A model generated the notes under the pieces. The model had not been told where the DNA came from. It saw nothing but the letters and a program-made list of their open reading frames with translations, and made no database searches. The position numbers and the translations under genes were made by a program. This document shows positions 47,701 to 57,101 of a stretch of DNA of 64,000 nt, piece by piece. Each line of letters begins with the position of its first letter. Within the stretch, counting starts at the first letter, position 1. Source of the stretch: a virus; IMG/VR virus record IMGVR_UViG_3300036937_000041, positions 26,369 through 90,368 of that record. One strand, given 5' to 3'.

Positions 47701-48588
47701 AATATTTTGCGAAGAACTAATCGTGGAATCGTTTATCAGTCCATAAACACCTGTACTCGGATCATATGACCAGAGTTGATTGTCACACCCAAGGTAGAGC
47801 TTGCCCCCGGTGCTCGCCACATTGGCGAAGCAGATGGCGCGGGCGTACAACCCCAGGCTATTCCACTTGGTGCCATCCCACAGGGGTGGGCGCCCCAGAT
47901 TGGATACGGCGAGCACGTTGTTCAACGTCGGTATCGATGGTGACTTGTCTATGTCGTACGTGCTGGGCAGACTGCCCTCGACCCCATACTCGGATAGCAG
48001 TATCTGCTCGATCAAAAACGATACCGATCTGTATGAATACCAGTCGTACCCGTTTCTAATCCCACCCGCATCCTTTTTCTGCAGACGACCATCCTGTGAT
48101 ATGAGCTTTAGAGATATTGATTCTCCAAGTATATCGGGTATGACATCGTCGATGAAAAAATGGCCAATCGATTCTTCTTGAATGGTGTCCCGTGGTCCGT
48201 CCTGCGCATCGGTTATTAACGTGTTTACGGGGATGCGAACCTGTACGCATATCTTGCACTCTCGGCCTTTGAGCACCGGTCGTTTATACCCGATAGAGAC
48301 CTCAAAGGATGCCGCGGCCCCCTGGACGGTCCGCAGCGCGGTGGGCAGCGGACGATTGAAATACCCATCTCCGTTGCGCAACGTTACGTTCTGAATGGTG
48401 GTCACCAACGTGCCCAGCCCGATCTCAACCTTGTTCGATATCACGCCCACGGAGGACAGACGATCGGCCCCGTTGCCCGTTTTATCCGAGAAGTCGACCC
48501 ACGCTCCATTAAGATCTTTGACGTAGAGTTTAGGATCATACCGGATGTTCCTAGAGTTTACAAGAGTTTGCATCAGGTCGACGGCCAT
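44710..48588 (-). CDS. Large tail-tip/hub (Tal-like) protein
   Basis: 1292 aa, last gene of the tail module; FFDREGNFRY..YNIVKV..YG...IDNPFI..LA hub-like motifs. Confidence 0.75.
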   Translation of the reverse strand: MAVDLMQTLVNSRNIRYDPKLYVKDLNGAWVDFSDKTGNGADRLSSVGVISNKVEIGLGTLVTTIQNVTLRNGDGYFNRPLPTALRTVQGAAASFEVSIGYKRPVLKGRECKICVQVRIPVNTLITDAQDGPRDTIQEESIGHFFIDDVIPDILGESISLKLISQDGRLQKKDAGGIRNGYDWYSYRSVSFLIEQILLSEYGVEGSLPSTYDIDKSPSIPTLNNVLAVSNLGRPPLWDGTKWNSLGLYARAICFANVASTGGKLYLGCDNQLWSYDPSTGVYGLINDSTISSSQNIRHIFYDDDNDQLVIVAYEDAYWETFSSNRTRTGLGASSYTWPGTGTTLTAKATSAVEPFNYIVRTAYTLGGTPATNFIGYESSYATREHENVFIPFPQHVGICQGPTTPSTKKVYYQALDTSEILAQQTSGAVEQDDISVSGKADFNFCSAGMITHLAVSSDNNLAVGLRYFAGQHPCVMLSPYYASGTKLLYYFQYALSGNGYIYPLDSAGNLSSDEQATYLCTDTVSGTSTHRYTSAPAATGSERRYPLALFHGGSATRTAFWFSIRNDIYLDNDNGVLPTYINLIDLNNFSFSSSPFYTSYEAMFTDETGDDQYWTVINGCAFEHNTDSLTSWPGSLTTFQSQNNHVALSLFNRKTGVYALVIISIYDLYGASHTQYTAAKKLRFSSMPFTGFVADEQDTDVLYCYAVGEGKIYKLTAASTGSDGTCDALTESSIVANESGLLSGLALNQAYTTVPELYGVTSPIGPLEINYTYAPGKYVLFKVDDSISDIVEYAYFQDKTKWDIIKDLSQSRDGLSFFDREGNFRYTPRIYTSSTADYTIGGYQDGYDRSVFKGISLDNGYGRVYNIVKVHVYTTKFVGPDPSVLTTIERTDKNSQNKNAQTLDFIPYSVEQRDTAKKKILVYCVAGGNPDNGLSKWKYSVINQEIEVTVRGAVLASATTIPLNSVFGGGTLGTSGVADEGVHAHDFVSMIDESTGEVLTRTITSVSQDPAEIDIDSAFGVAIADATTLTVGRSYQIDSAYARTNWSDEGIGYVASADSTSFTLASGLATPLRPGHIVRLSNDYHEYRVTAWDNDRTFTVEQLENSGTAAWHSTPAGGEVVYAYWSPNFDYSGEIGDTHVFMKFEAGTGTAEVNYTQEFIPGDRIIVDCPGQTLAEDAGSLQVVMAGDSGQRYGRSEFDIDNPFISREIAKELANRVIYYYSNPKFLLTISLPLTPYVDIVNDDGDLTQIDVVLPLIFDSSAGLRESFRIQAISHDIKGNTTTLTLSGISAY

Positions 48589-48589
48589 C

Positions 48590-49720
48590 CTACTGCACTC
48601 CTTTGAAGTTTATCGATATTGATATTCGAGATGTGTCCCAGTGGACAAAGCTGGGCACAAACGTCATATAGCCAAAGCATGGGCGCATGTCCAGGTCATC
48701 CGTTTCGAGCATTAGCATACTGCCCTGCCGTTGCCACCAGTCAAGCTGCGCCAGGTTGCGGAGCATCTGCGCGTCCCCGGCGTCGAACACCAGGTTAAAC
48801 CCCCGGGGGCGCAGTACATCGAGCGATCCGCTGATGATCATCTGATTATGATACCCACGATCCACCGTGTCGTACTCATCATCATCCCCCGACACTTGAA
48901 CTGGATTGCAGGGGAGTGTGTATGCCCCGGCCGCCTCCGCAGTGGCGTCCAGCGAGCTAGCGTGCGTTAAATATATGCAGTCAACGCCAAAAGTTATCGA
49001 TGATTCAAGGTCAAAGAGGGCAACCCGGGCGTTAGCCGACGGCGCCTGATATACTCGCCCCACCGCCTCAAACTTTGTCCACGTACTCGTACTGGACATG
49101 ATTATCGGCCAGCTCCCGTGGCTGAAAGAACTATCATATACATTTGCGTAAAAAGAAGTACCGCTGGGAAGCGCAGCATACAATCCAAGTCGATAGACAG
49201 CTTGGTATAAAAGCTTTCTCTGTGTATCATGGTACAAGATCGCCGCGTCTGACCCAGAAGGGCAGGCAAGCGCCCCCCAGAACCCAGTAGTCGTCTTATA
49301 CCCGTCGAAAGGAGCTCCGGTGGTACTCGATCCGAATTTAGTATTTATCCCTATGGGGGTAAATATGTTAGACGCATCTCCTGAGTCATAAAAATCCCAA
49401 CCCTGGGGGGTACCGTGCCCCGTACCATCGACATGATCTCCAGAGGCGTATGAGTAGGCGAGCGCCGAGCTCAATAAAATGTGCCCGCCGGACGGGGCGG
49501 CGGCCAGCCGAGCGTACTCAAATTTTCCACCGTTGCCCGCCGACGACGACAGACCGAGCTTGATAATGTCGCCGGGCAAAAATGTACGGTCAACAAGATC
49601 GTCGTCAACGACATCGATAGCGGTCGCCCCCGCACTCACCGGGTCGACCAGTGATGTCCGCACATAGTTTCCACGACTAAAATTTGATGCCCACTCGACA
49701 ACCGATAGTTTCCAGCTCAT
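48590..49720 (-). CDS. Distal-tail-like protein with probable carbohydrate-binding insert
   Basis: Position after the tape measure; paralogous to 49717-50946. Confidence 0.6.
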   Translation of the reverse strand: MSWKLSVVEWASNFSRGNYVRTSLVDPVSAGATAIDVVDDDLVDRTFLPGDIIKLGLSSSAGNGGKFEYARLAAAPSGGHILLSSALAYSYASGDHVDGTGHGTPQGWDFYDSGDASNIFTPIGINTKFGSSTTGAPFDGYKTTTGFWGALACPSGSDAAILYHDTQRKLLYQAVYRLGLYAALPSGTSFYANVYDSSFSHGSWPIIMSSTSTWTKFEAVGRVYQAPSANARVALFDLESSITFGVDCIYLTHASSLDATAEAAGAYTLPCNPVQVSGDDDEYDTVDRGYHNQMIISGSLDVLRPRGFNLVFDAGDAQMLRNLAQLDWWQRQGSMLMLETDDLDMRPCFGYMTFVPSFVHWDTSRISISINFKGVQ

Positions 49721-50946
49721 GTAGGCACCTCGATGAACGTGATCAAAAACTTACGCAGGCCAAAGTTGGTCTGCAGATACTGCTCAGATATATCGACCGA
49801 TAGTCTGCCGACCATCGCATAGGGAAGCCCGGGTACGTCGGGCAGATGGGTCACAAAATATCCACGAGAACAATAGCTGGCCAGCGTGCGGAAAAAATCA
49901 TAGGTGTCCGCCGAAGCGTCAACCACCTCGTAGGTTACCTGATATCGAGTAAATGAAAATATTTGGCTGTTCAGTATCGAGTCAATGCGGGCCTTACCGT
50001 CGATGCCGACCACGGGAGAACCCCCTTCCATAAATCTACCAATGCGTACACCGCCCACAGCCGGGTTATCACCAATGGTCTTAAAATCAGCGGAAGTATA
50101 CTCGGATATACTGCCTATATTATACTCTTCAGTTGTGCCCAGGGCCAGCCCAGCGATGCGTAGCTTGGGCATCACATCAGACCCAGCGTAGAGAAGAATG
50201 TAGTATGGATTTGCATCGGAAGTTAGCTGAAAAGACACACTATACTCATGCCAGTCTGTGGCCGTGGCCGCCACGTTAACGGTCGTCTGCGCGACAACCC
50301 CATTGACATTATTTCTGATCCCGAGGGTGGCCGTCCCCGTGTTGGTCCACGTACCATCTACTTTAAGCTTGGCCAGCAGAGTGTAGTACGTGTAGGGGGC
50401 GAGTTTGGGCAGCCGTATGTACACCTGAGCATCCGCAGAGAAGTTGGTCAGCAGATACATATTTGGATCCGCAGAATATGAATCTACAGCGTCGGCCAGC
50501 ATCGATCCGCCGTAAAATGTATGCAACCCCCCGCCCGGAAATGAGATGGTCCACCCGTCGGGCAGACCGAGCCCGATGATCGTCACCGGATCGCCCGCCG
50601 AGTAGAGGTATGCGATGGTCTTCGCCGGGTCGACGGTGACCACCAGCCCGGAAGCGTTGGCAACATAATGGATTTCGATCGCTCCCGGGTTGCTCGCGTG
50701 GGTTGAGGGGCCGAGAACAATCTTGTTCAGATATCCAAATCTGGTTATCCCCTTTTGAGCATAAGATCCGCTGGCGTACGCGGCGGCAAACAAATTATAC
50801 AACTCGGAGGGCATCCCCTCTTGGGCGACGACGGTGACCGTCGTAGTAGTATGAGAAGCTATGGTTGTCTCATACTTTTTTGCACTGCGCGGGCGGCTAT
50901 TCGGGATGGAGACCGCGGGTGCCCAGCGTCCGAGACTAATCGACAC
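49717..50946 (-). CDS. Distal-tail-like protein with probable carbohydrate-binding insert
   Basis: Immediately after the tape measure; YTL.AKLK..W.EYSVSF CBM-like segment; ITFIEV C-terminus. Confidence 0.6.
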   Translation of the reverse strand: MSISLGRWAPAVSIPNSRPRSAKKYETTIASHTTTTVTVVAQEGMPSELYNLFAAAYASGSYAQKGITRFGYLNKIVLGPSTHASNPGAIEIHYVANASGLVVTVDPAKTIAYLYSAGDPVTIIGLGLPDGWTISFPGGGLHTFYGGSMLADAVDSYSADPNMYLLTNFSADAQVYIRLPKLAPYTYYTLLAKLKVDGTWTNTGTATLGIRNNVNGVVAQTTVNVAATATDWHEYSVSFQLTSDANPYYILLYAGSDVMPKLRIAGLALGTTEEYNIGSISEYTSADFKTIGDNPAVGGVRIGRFMEGGSPVVGIDGKARIDSILNSQIFSFTRYQVTYEVVDASADTYDFFRTLASYCSRGYFVTHLPDVPGLPYAMVGRLSVDISEQYLQTNFGLRKFLITFIEVPT

Positions 50947-50949
50947 CGA

Positions 50950-53775
50950 TCAACCTCCTGCGCCCGCTAATGATATTTCGCCGGTTTCAATCGCGTCCTT
51001 TATCGCCTTGACCGCGATATTGCCGATCGTAGTGGACGCTGTTTGGAGATCGGTATCGCCGACTATGACCGTGTTCCCCGAGATGGCAACGCTGGGCTGC
51101 ACGTACATATTTTGGATCCCCCGGGTGGTCGTGCCCCCACGAGTTTGGGCGGCCAGACTGGCGCTGTCCAGCGCCTCGTTGCCCGTCGGAACAGCGGTCT
51201 CCTTGGTAATCTTGTCGATGGTACGCTGCGCCGATGCTTCGACAAACGATGCGGCGGCGCCCGCGGCTATGGCGGCCGCGGTCAGCCCCGCGGCCTTGCC
51301 CCATTGTCCTTCTGCGGCGGCGGCTATGGCCTTGGCAGACCATTCTTTAGCCTTAAACTGAAGGATGCCCGCCACCTCATCGGCGGCCAGCTGAATGCCC
51401 ACGGTTTTCAGATATTTTTGTGTACTGATCTCCGCGGCCGCCCACTTGTTGGCCAGCGTCGACAGCGTGTTGTACGCGGTGCTGGCGACGATCACCCGAC
51501 GTTGCATCGCCTTGACAGACTCATTAACAGCGTTTTTATCATGATCTTTTTGAAGATTGGCAATGAGATCAAGTTTTTGCTGCGTGGTCAGCACCTCGTC
51601 GTTCAAAATCCCATTTTTAAGATCTTGATACTGTTGATCAAGCTGAATGCGCTGATTGATATAGTCCTCGGCGTTGGTCAGCCGTAGCCGCTGCCCGGCC
51701 TCATCGGTCTGGTTCTCAAGCTTGTTGATATTGACCTCAATATCATGCGCTTGCTGCCCGTAGTCGGCGATCTGGTTCAGACGGGTGTTCTGCACATCCT
51801 TTTCCATCGCGGCAACATTCTGGTCGATCAGGGCTATCTTGCCCGCAATATTTAGATCGCTGCGGTCAGCAATTTTGTCTATCTTCTGCTGCCAGCTTTT
51901 TCGGATGCCCGCGATCTCCCCATGAAATGCTGTCTCCATGTTGACCTGCGCCTGATCGGTCTGGCTGATCGTGTCCAGGCGGATCTTCTGCAGTTCGGCA
52001 AGATGCTCGGTATCCTGCTCATATTGGGAGAGCTCGCCGATGGCCGCCAGCGCTTTAACCTTCTCCTGTTTGGTCATCACCTCATCTTTGTCTATCTCAG
52101 CTTTCTTTGCCGCGTACTTGGCCATAATCTGGGTGATCTTCTGCTCGGTGTCAGACACTTCGTATACTTGTTGCCTATCGATCTCAGCCGATTGTTTGAC
52201 CATCGCAAGCTTCTCCAGCAGGGCTTTACCCACATCGCTTTCTGTCGGGGCCTTAAACTGGGATTTTTCTTCCGGAGATACTGGGGTGGGCAGCAGAGGA
52301 TTTGCCCCAAATTTCAATCCAAACAGTCCACTGCTAGTAAGAGCGGCCGGGGTCATCCCCGCTGGGGTTACAGACTTACCGGACATTTGAAGCACTGATT
52401 GGATAAGCGCAGCTCGATTAAGATCTTCTAGTTGTTTAGTGCGTATACGCGGGTCAACACCTAACTGGGATACGCCACCATATGATACTTTAGTGTTAAA
52501 CCCTGGGCCGGATGTTACAGGCGTGTACGGCTTCGGCTCATCAACAATATTATGGTACAAGCGATATGCTGCCCAACCAACTGCGGCGGCCGCTAGTACG
52601 CCGACGACTATGGGGATAATGGCCGCCACGCCACCGGCGGCCGCGGCGCCGCCTGCTGTGCCCCCCGCGGTAGCGGCCGTAGAGGAACCTAGGCCGACAG
52701 CGGCGCCGATCTTGGCCAGACTCAGCGCGGCGGTCAGCTTGCCAATTCCTGACATAACAATATAAAGATCACGAGCGAGCAGCAATGCCTTGGTCAGCAC
52801 CACGACTATCAACGCCGTTTTGACCGCCCCAGGATGTTCGACTAAAAACGTGGCGACTTTTTCAAACACGTTCCAGAGCTCGATGGCCACCTGTTTGGCC
52901 GTCTCCCATATTTTGGGCAGCCACTCTTTTGCCTTGTCATATGCCTGCTTAAACGCATCGGCAAACTGCCTGGCCCACTGCCTGAGCTTCCCAGAGTCAA
53001 TCAAGTTAGTCAGATAATCCTGTATCTTGGCCAGATCTGGTTGGATTATCGGAAACAATGCCTTGGCAAACTCGGCTTTGATCTGCGTCCACAAATCAGA
53101 TATGTTGGAGAGCAGTTGGGTGACCGACCCCAAGGTCTCGGCCATCATCCCCTGGAAATGTTTATCGGCGATGACCTTCTGCACCGCGCGGATCATCTGC
53201 AGATTGTTGGAGATAACCTGGCCCTGTTTGCTGAACACCACCCCATATTTTTCAAGATCTTGGTTGGTGATCAGCAACTGCCTGAGCTGCCGCATTCCCA
53301 GCCCGGTGAGCCCCGAGGCTATGCTCTGGATCGCCTGGACAACCTGCTCCAGTGGTTTCTGCGTCGCCGACGCTAGATCGCCCAGGTCGCGCAGCAGATT
53401 ATCTTTTGTGGGCGCCATGCCCACGGCCTTGAGCTTAATAAACGCGTTTGTAATCTCATCTATCTCGAACGGGGTATCCACGGCAAACTTTTTGATCCAC
53501 GCGAACGCACGTTCCCCCGCGGCCGCACTACCGTACAGCACTTTCAGCTGTATTCGAAATCGCTCAAACTGCATACCGGTGTCCAGTACCTGTTTTGCCA
53601 CATAGACAAGTCCGGCGCCCACCGCCGCGGCTCCGATCGACAAGTATTTAAACGCCTTGACCGCGGTACCGCGCAGGCGCCCAAACGCACTCTCGATATC
53701 CGAGACTGTTTTGCCCACCATTTTGGCGTCCATATCGACTATGATCGCGATCTTGCGCTTAAGCGTCTCGTTCAT
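50950..53775 (-). CDS. Tape measure protein
   Basis: 941 aa, helical and Ala-rich; FA.DTPFEI..I..A...L tape-measure motif; hydrophobic central segments. Confidence 0.92.
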   Translation of the reverse strand: MNETLKRKIAIIVDMDAKMVGKTVSDIESAFGRLRGTAVKAFKYLSIGAAAVGAGLVYVAKQVLDTGMQFERFRIQLKVLYGSAAAGERAFAWIKKFAVDTPFEIDEITNAFIKLKAVGMAPTKDNLLRDLGDLASATQKPLEQVVQAIQSIASGLTGLGMRQLRQLLITNQDLEKYGVVFSKQGQVISNNLQMIRAVQKVIADKHFQGMMAETLGSVTQLLSNISDLWTQIKAEFAKALFPIIQPDLAKIQDYLTNLIDSGKLRQWARQFADAFKQAYDKAKEWLPKIWETAKQVAIELWNVFEKVATFLVEHPGAVKTALIVVVLTKALLLARDLYIVMSGIGKLTAALSLAKIGAAVGLGSSTAATAGGTAGGAAAAGGVAAIIPIVVGVLAAAAVGWAAYRLYHNIVDEPKPYTPVTSGPGFNTKVSYGGVSQLGVDPRIRTKQLEDLNRAALIQSVLQMSGKSVTPAGMTPAALTSSGLFGLKFGANPLLPTPVSPEEKSQFKAPTESDVGKALLEKLAMVKQSAEIDRQQVYEVSDTEQKITQIMAKYAAKKAEIDKDEVMTKQEKVKALAAIGELSQYEQDTEHLAELQKIRLDTISQTDQAQVNMETAFHGEIAGIRKSWQQKIDKIADRSDLNIAGKIALIDQNVAAMEKDVQNTRLNQIADYGQQAHDIEVNINKLENQTDEAGQRLRLTNAEDYINQRIQLDQQYQDLKNGILNDEVLTTQQKLDLIANLQKDHDKNAVNESVKAMQRRVIVASTAYNTLSTLANKWAAAEISTQKYLKTVGIQLAADEVAGILQFKAKEWSAKAIAAAAEGQWGKAAGLTAAAIAAGAAASFVEASAQRTIDKITKETAVPTGNEALDSASLAAQTRGGTTTRGIQNMYVQPSVAISGNTVIVGDTDLQTASTTIGNIAVKAIKDAIETGEISLAGAGG

Positions 53776-54257
53776 TTTTTGGCCTTAGACTTCATTTCCG
53801 CGATTTCACGGGAGCGCACGCGCTCGCGCGCGATCCCTATGGTTCCAAATATGTCGATGATCTGTATGGGGTAGTCCAAGTATCCTCGTTCGGCACCTAA
53901 TGGGGGCACATGGTACTCTCGACAGAACGATTCCATGGTTAGCATCTCATTTATCTCCGCGGTTATAAGAGACTTCGGACATACACCGGGAAAGATATAT
54001 TTTAGCACCTCCAGCGCGGACCACTTGACCTCCACGTCCATGATCTCCGATACCATATCGAGCAACTGTTCGTCATCAACTTCAAACCGTTGGCCATCCG
54101 CGTACGAAACCCCGTGCTCTGGGGCGACCACCGGCTGACCGACCGTTACCGTGTGAACCTCTCCGCCAAACTTGTAACAACATCGTCGTTCCATATCTCC
54201 CTTGGATATGCAGAGTCGGCAGTCATATGTTTTTTGCCTTACCGACTCTGCGTTCAT
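53772..54257 (-). CDS. Tail assembly chaperone, GT (frameshift) portion
   Basis: Open in the -1 frame from the slippery site at 54290-54296. Confidence 0.8.
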   Translation of the reverse strand: MNAESVRQKTYDCRLCISKGDMERRCCYKFGGEVHTVTVGQPVVAPEHGVSYADGQRFEVDDEQLLDMVSEIMDVEVKWSALEVLKYIFPGVCPKSLITAEINEMLTMESFCREYHVPPLGAERGYLDYPIQIIDIFGTIGIARERVRSREIAEMKSKAKK

Positions 54258-54283
54258 CCAGAGAATAAACTCAACGGAGAGGT

Positions 54284-54778
54284 CTAGACGTTTTTTAGAC
54301 TCTCCTTTAGCACATTAATATCCGCATGGGCTCTCATGATCTCCTCCTGATCAGTGGGGGAGATGCTCCACCAAATGTACTTCAGGTCATCGGGATCCTT
54401 GGTATCCTTGACCAGGATCGCCCCATCTTCCTGCTTGGCGTACGCCGCGGGTTCGGTATCCGACTTGAGCAGAAAATGATCATACCCGGATGTATCCTCG
54501 GTCGGCCCCGGACAGTTGGGCAACACCAGATAGTTTTTTACCCGGCGTACCGCGTTTATCCAATCATGACTATCGGAGTTGAGCATGGCGTCAACGTTGA
54601 TCTCCCGCTGTCCGCCCCGACGTTTGTCGATGATCGCCTTCGACACATTGGCCGCCTGCACCGCAACATCGCGGGTGCTCTTCGGCACAATGTAAAAGAT
54701 TGACTGCTGATCGGTCGGATTACCCCGATCGGCCTCTAACACGTACGGATACGTGTCGCGTGTGAGTGATGAAATCAT
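54284..54778 (-). CDS. Tail assembly chaperone G
   Basis: Between the tail tube and tape measure genes; ends in A AAA AAC GTC TAG. Confidence 0.8.
   Translation of the reverse strand: MISSLTRDTYPYVLEADRGNPTDQQSIFYIVPKSTRDVAVQAANVSKAIIDKRRGGQREINVDAMLNSDSHDWINAVRRVKNYLVLPNCPGPTEDTSGYDHFLLKSDTEPAAYAKQEDGAILVKDTKDPDDLKYIWWSISPTDQEEIMRAHADINVLKESLKNV
54290..54296 (-). other. Programmed -1 ribosomal frameshift heptamer A-AAA-AAC
   Basis: X XXY YYZ in the 0 frame; the -1 frame reads RLDLSVEFILW directly into MNAESV of 53772-54257. Confidence 0.85.
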
Positions 54779-54793
54779 GTTAGGCTCCTAGTC

Positions 54794-55834
54794 TTATGCC
54801 GGTATGCTGAGTTCATTCGCGGAGACAACCGTAATATTCAGTACGTGGTTGGTTCCGTCCGACGCTCCTTCAAACGGCAGGTTTAGCAGATGTTCGGTTT
54901 CGGCCGCATCGACCTCCGCCCCGGTATAGTGGGTGTTGAACGAGAAGATGATCGCCGAGCCACTGTGAGTTCCGGTCAGCAGCAGATCGGCGCCCGACAC
55001 CCAGTTGTCAATCTGTGCGTTGTCACCCAGGGTGGTCGTGCTCATCGCCAACGAGAATGTTCCGGTGACCGACAGTCGGTGGAGGGTAAACCCGGTGGGC
55101 ACCAGACTGTTGTAGAACAGCGGGGTGGCCCCGTTGGTGATCGTGAAGTCAAAGGACTGCAGACGAGCGGTCGTGCCCCCCAGAGTCCACGCGTAGTCCA
55201 AGAATACGTGATCGGCGGTGTCCTCCGGGGTGAACACCGACGCGGCATGCACATAGTTGGTCCGGAACGACCGGCCGGTCAGCTCCGCCTTGGCGATCAG
55301 CCGTTCCCCCTGAGATCCCGATACTCCGAAGCTGGTGCAGATAGCGCCGGTGAGCACATGCCCGTAGCCGGTGACGCTCGCCGGATCACCGATGCTCCTC
55401 GAAACGTCTATCCACATCTCAGGATCGGGTTGCCCCTGGACATATGGAACATATACCTTTGTATATGAGGTGGTTCCCGACTCAGATGCTCCCTTTTGCA
55501 GCAAGCTCCACAAGAATATCTCCGCCTTTTCGGGGGTGAGCCCGAACGACCCCAGGGAGAGCATCGGCTGCTTTTTGGTCAGCGTCAGTTCTTGGCCGAT
55601 GGCCGCCGAGCCGGTGCGCACCTCCGACAGACCGGTCGTCTTCTCCGTGGTAACGATCTCGATCCCCGCGCTGATATTCGGATGATCGTCGAGGATCAGC
55701 CCACACTTTCCCGCACCCCCAGGGCCGTCGTTGGTCGCCGCGAACAGCCCGGTGGTCGCCGAATCTGGTGTGTCGATCGCGGTGGTTCGAAACGACATGG
55801 CATATGCATCTTCCCATTTTACTCTAGTGGGCAT
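54794..55834 (-). CDS. Major tail tube protein
   Basis: 346 aa, beta-rich; GA..TSF..SG, SFDFTITN, VTGTFS; position before the chaperones. Confidence 0.8.
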   Translation of the reverse strand: MPTRVKWEDAYAMSFRTTAIDTPDSATTGLFAATNDGPGGAGKCGLILDDHPNISAGIEIVTTEKTTGLSEVRTGSAAIGQELTLTKKQPMLSLGSFGLTPEKAEIFLWSLLQKGASESGTTSYTKVYVPYVQGQPDPEMWIDVSRSIGDPASVTGYGHVLTGAICTSFGVSGSQGERLIAKAELTGRSFRTNYVHAASVFTPEDTADHVFLDYAWTLGGTTARLQSFDFTITNGATPLFYNSLVPTGFTLHRLSVTGTFSLAMSTTTLGDNAQIDNWVSGADLLLTGTHSGSAIIFSFNTHYTGAEVDAAETEHLLNLPFEGASDGTNHVLNITVVSANELSIPA

Positions 55835-56054
55835 TCTGGTCTCCTTTTCCCTCGGGCTCTATATCCCTTGTGGCCTTTTGTTTGACTAGCTGAATCGTAT
55901 CCGTATACACTTGTTGCAGTGTATTAATTTGATCATCCGGAACATCAATGGTCTCCCCATTGCGCAGCCGCGTCCACAGATCTTTATGCTGGGCAAAAAA
56001 GGGATGTGCTCCGGCGACCACCAGTCGTCTGTCCGTGCGTTTAATCTTCATCAC
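55824..56054 (-). CDS. Small neck/tail-region protein
   Basis: AGGAG SD, operon position. Confidence 0.6.
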   Translation of the reverse strand: MMKIKRTDRRLVVAGAHPFFAQHKDLWTRLRNGETIDVPDDQINTLQQVYTDTIQLVKQKATRDIEPEGKGDQNAH

Positions 56055-56060
56055 AGCTCC

Positions 56061-57101
56061 TCATCTATAATTTGTTTCCAATTTAACTCTAGATCGATAC
56101 TCCACGTTGATCGTCGACGCGAACAACATCCCACCCTCGTACGGAGCATACTCGATGGAATTGAGCGCAAATTCCTGGGCCATGCCGTCAACCATGTAGT
56201 TGGCTTCCAGCACGCTGACCAACCTGTCGGCGATCGCCAGGTTTTCTCTGATCAACGCTGCCTTTGGGTATCCGCGGGACACCACTTGGAAGATCATGGG
56301 CCGGGCGAGCACCGCGTATCCGTTTGATCGTTCTTCGACAACATGCTCATTCTGGGGGAGAATGGTTATCGCCGGGTATAAGATTTTAGTCTTGGCCGTC
56401 TTGACAATCCAGTCCTTGGCACCGATGTACTGAGCATCCTGCTCGACAAGGGTGAGCAACCGGTCGAAAAATTCATTATACCCGGCGTCTACTATCTTCG
56501 GACAATATGTGTGATCGGCCATCTGATGATATGAGGTGATGCTCACCTCCAGCGACGCACTGGAGTTAAACCCCTTGGATCGTCCGTCAACTGTTTCGTA
56601 TATATCCTCGGAGTCTATACGGGTCGCAAACGATTGAAGAGTGTTGTCCGCCGCATACAACTGTAGGTCGTATTTGGCCACCTGCTTTACATCATCCACT
56701 ATATCCAGGCAGAAAGATTTTGCTGTATTCAGATCAGTGTGCTTCGCCGAATATACATCGATGGACAGCCTGTAGGACACCCACTGAGTACCGTCGGATA
56801 GCCGGGCTAAAAATGTTTTGCTGAGCGGGAAGATCGTCAGCGCGGGCAACACCGACTCGGGGAAGACAAAGCCGATCGGCCAGCTTTTGATCCGGCGGAG
56901 CGCCCGGCTGCTGTTCTGTCGCGCGTAGTCGATCAGCGCTTTTTTGAGCGCGCGCATCAACCCCCAGGTCTCGGTTGAGGCAAGATCTCCGGGCAGGCGC
57001 ACGCGCTGCCCCGTACCGGTATATCCACCGGCGCCCAGTCCTTGCACCCGAGGTTCAATATGGCCAACGCCAGAATGTCGTCCGCGATCTAGCGGGGCCA
57101 T
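56061..57101 (-). CDS. Tail terminator-like protein with two tandem domains
   Basis: LPALTIFP and YPAITILP halves; position before the tail tube gene. Confidence 0.55.
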   Translation of the reverse strand: MAPLDRGRHSGVGHIEPRVQGLGAGGYTGTGQRVRLPGDLASTETWGLMRALKKALIDYARQNSSRALRRIKSWPIGFVFPESVLPALTIFPLSKTFLARLSDGTQWVSYRLSIDVYSAKHTDLNTAKSFCLDIVDDVKQVAKYDLQLYAADNTLQSFATRIDSEDIYETVDGRSKGFNSSASLEVSITSYHQMADHTYCPKIVDAGYNEFFDRLLTLVEQDAQYIGAKDWIVKTAKTKILYPAITILPQNEHVVEERSNGYAVLARPMIFQVVSRGYPKAALIRENLAIADRLVSVLEANYMVDGMAQEFALNSIEYAPYEGGMLFASTINVEYRSRVKLETNYR

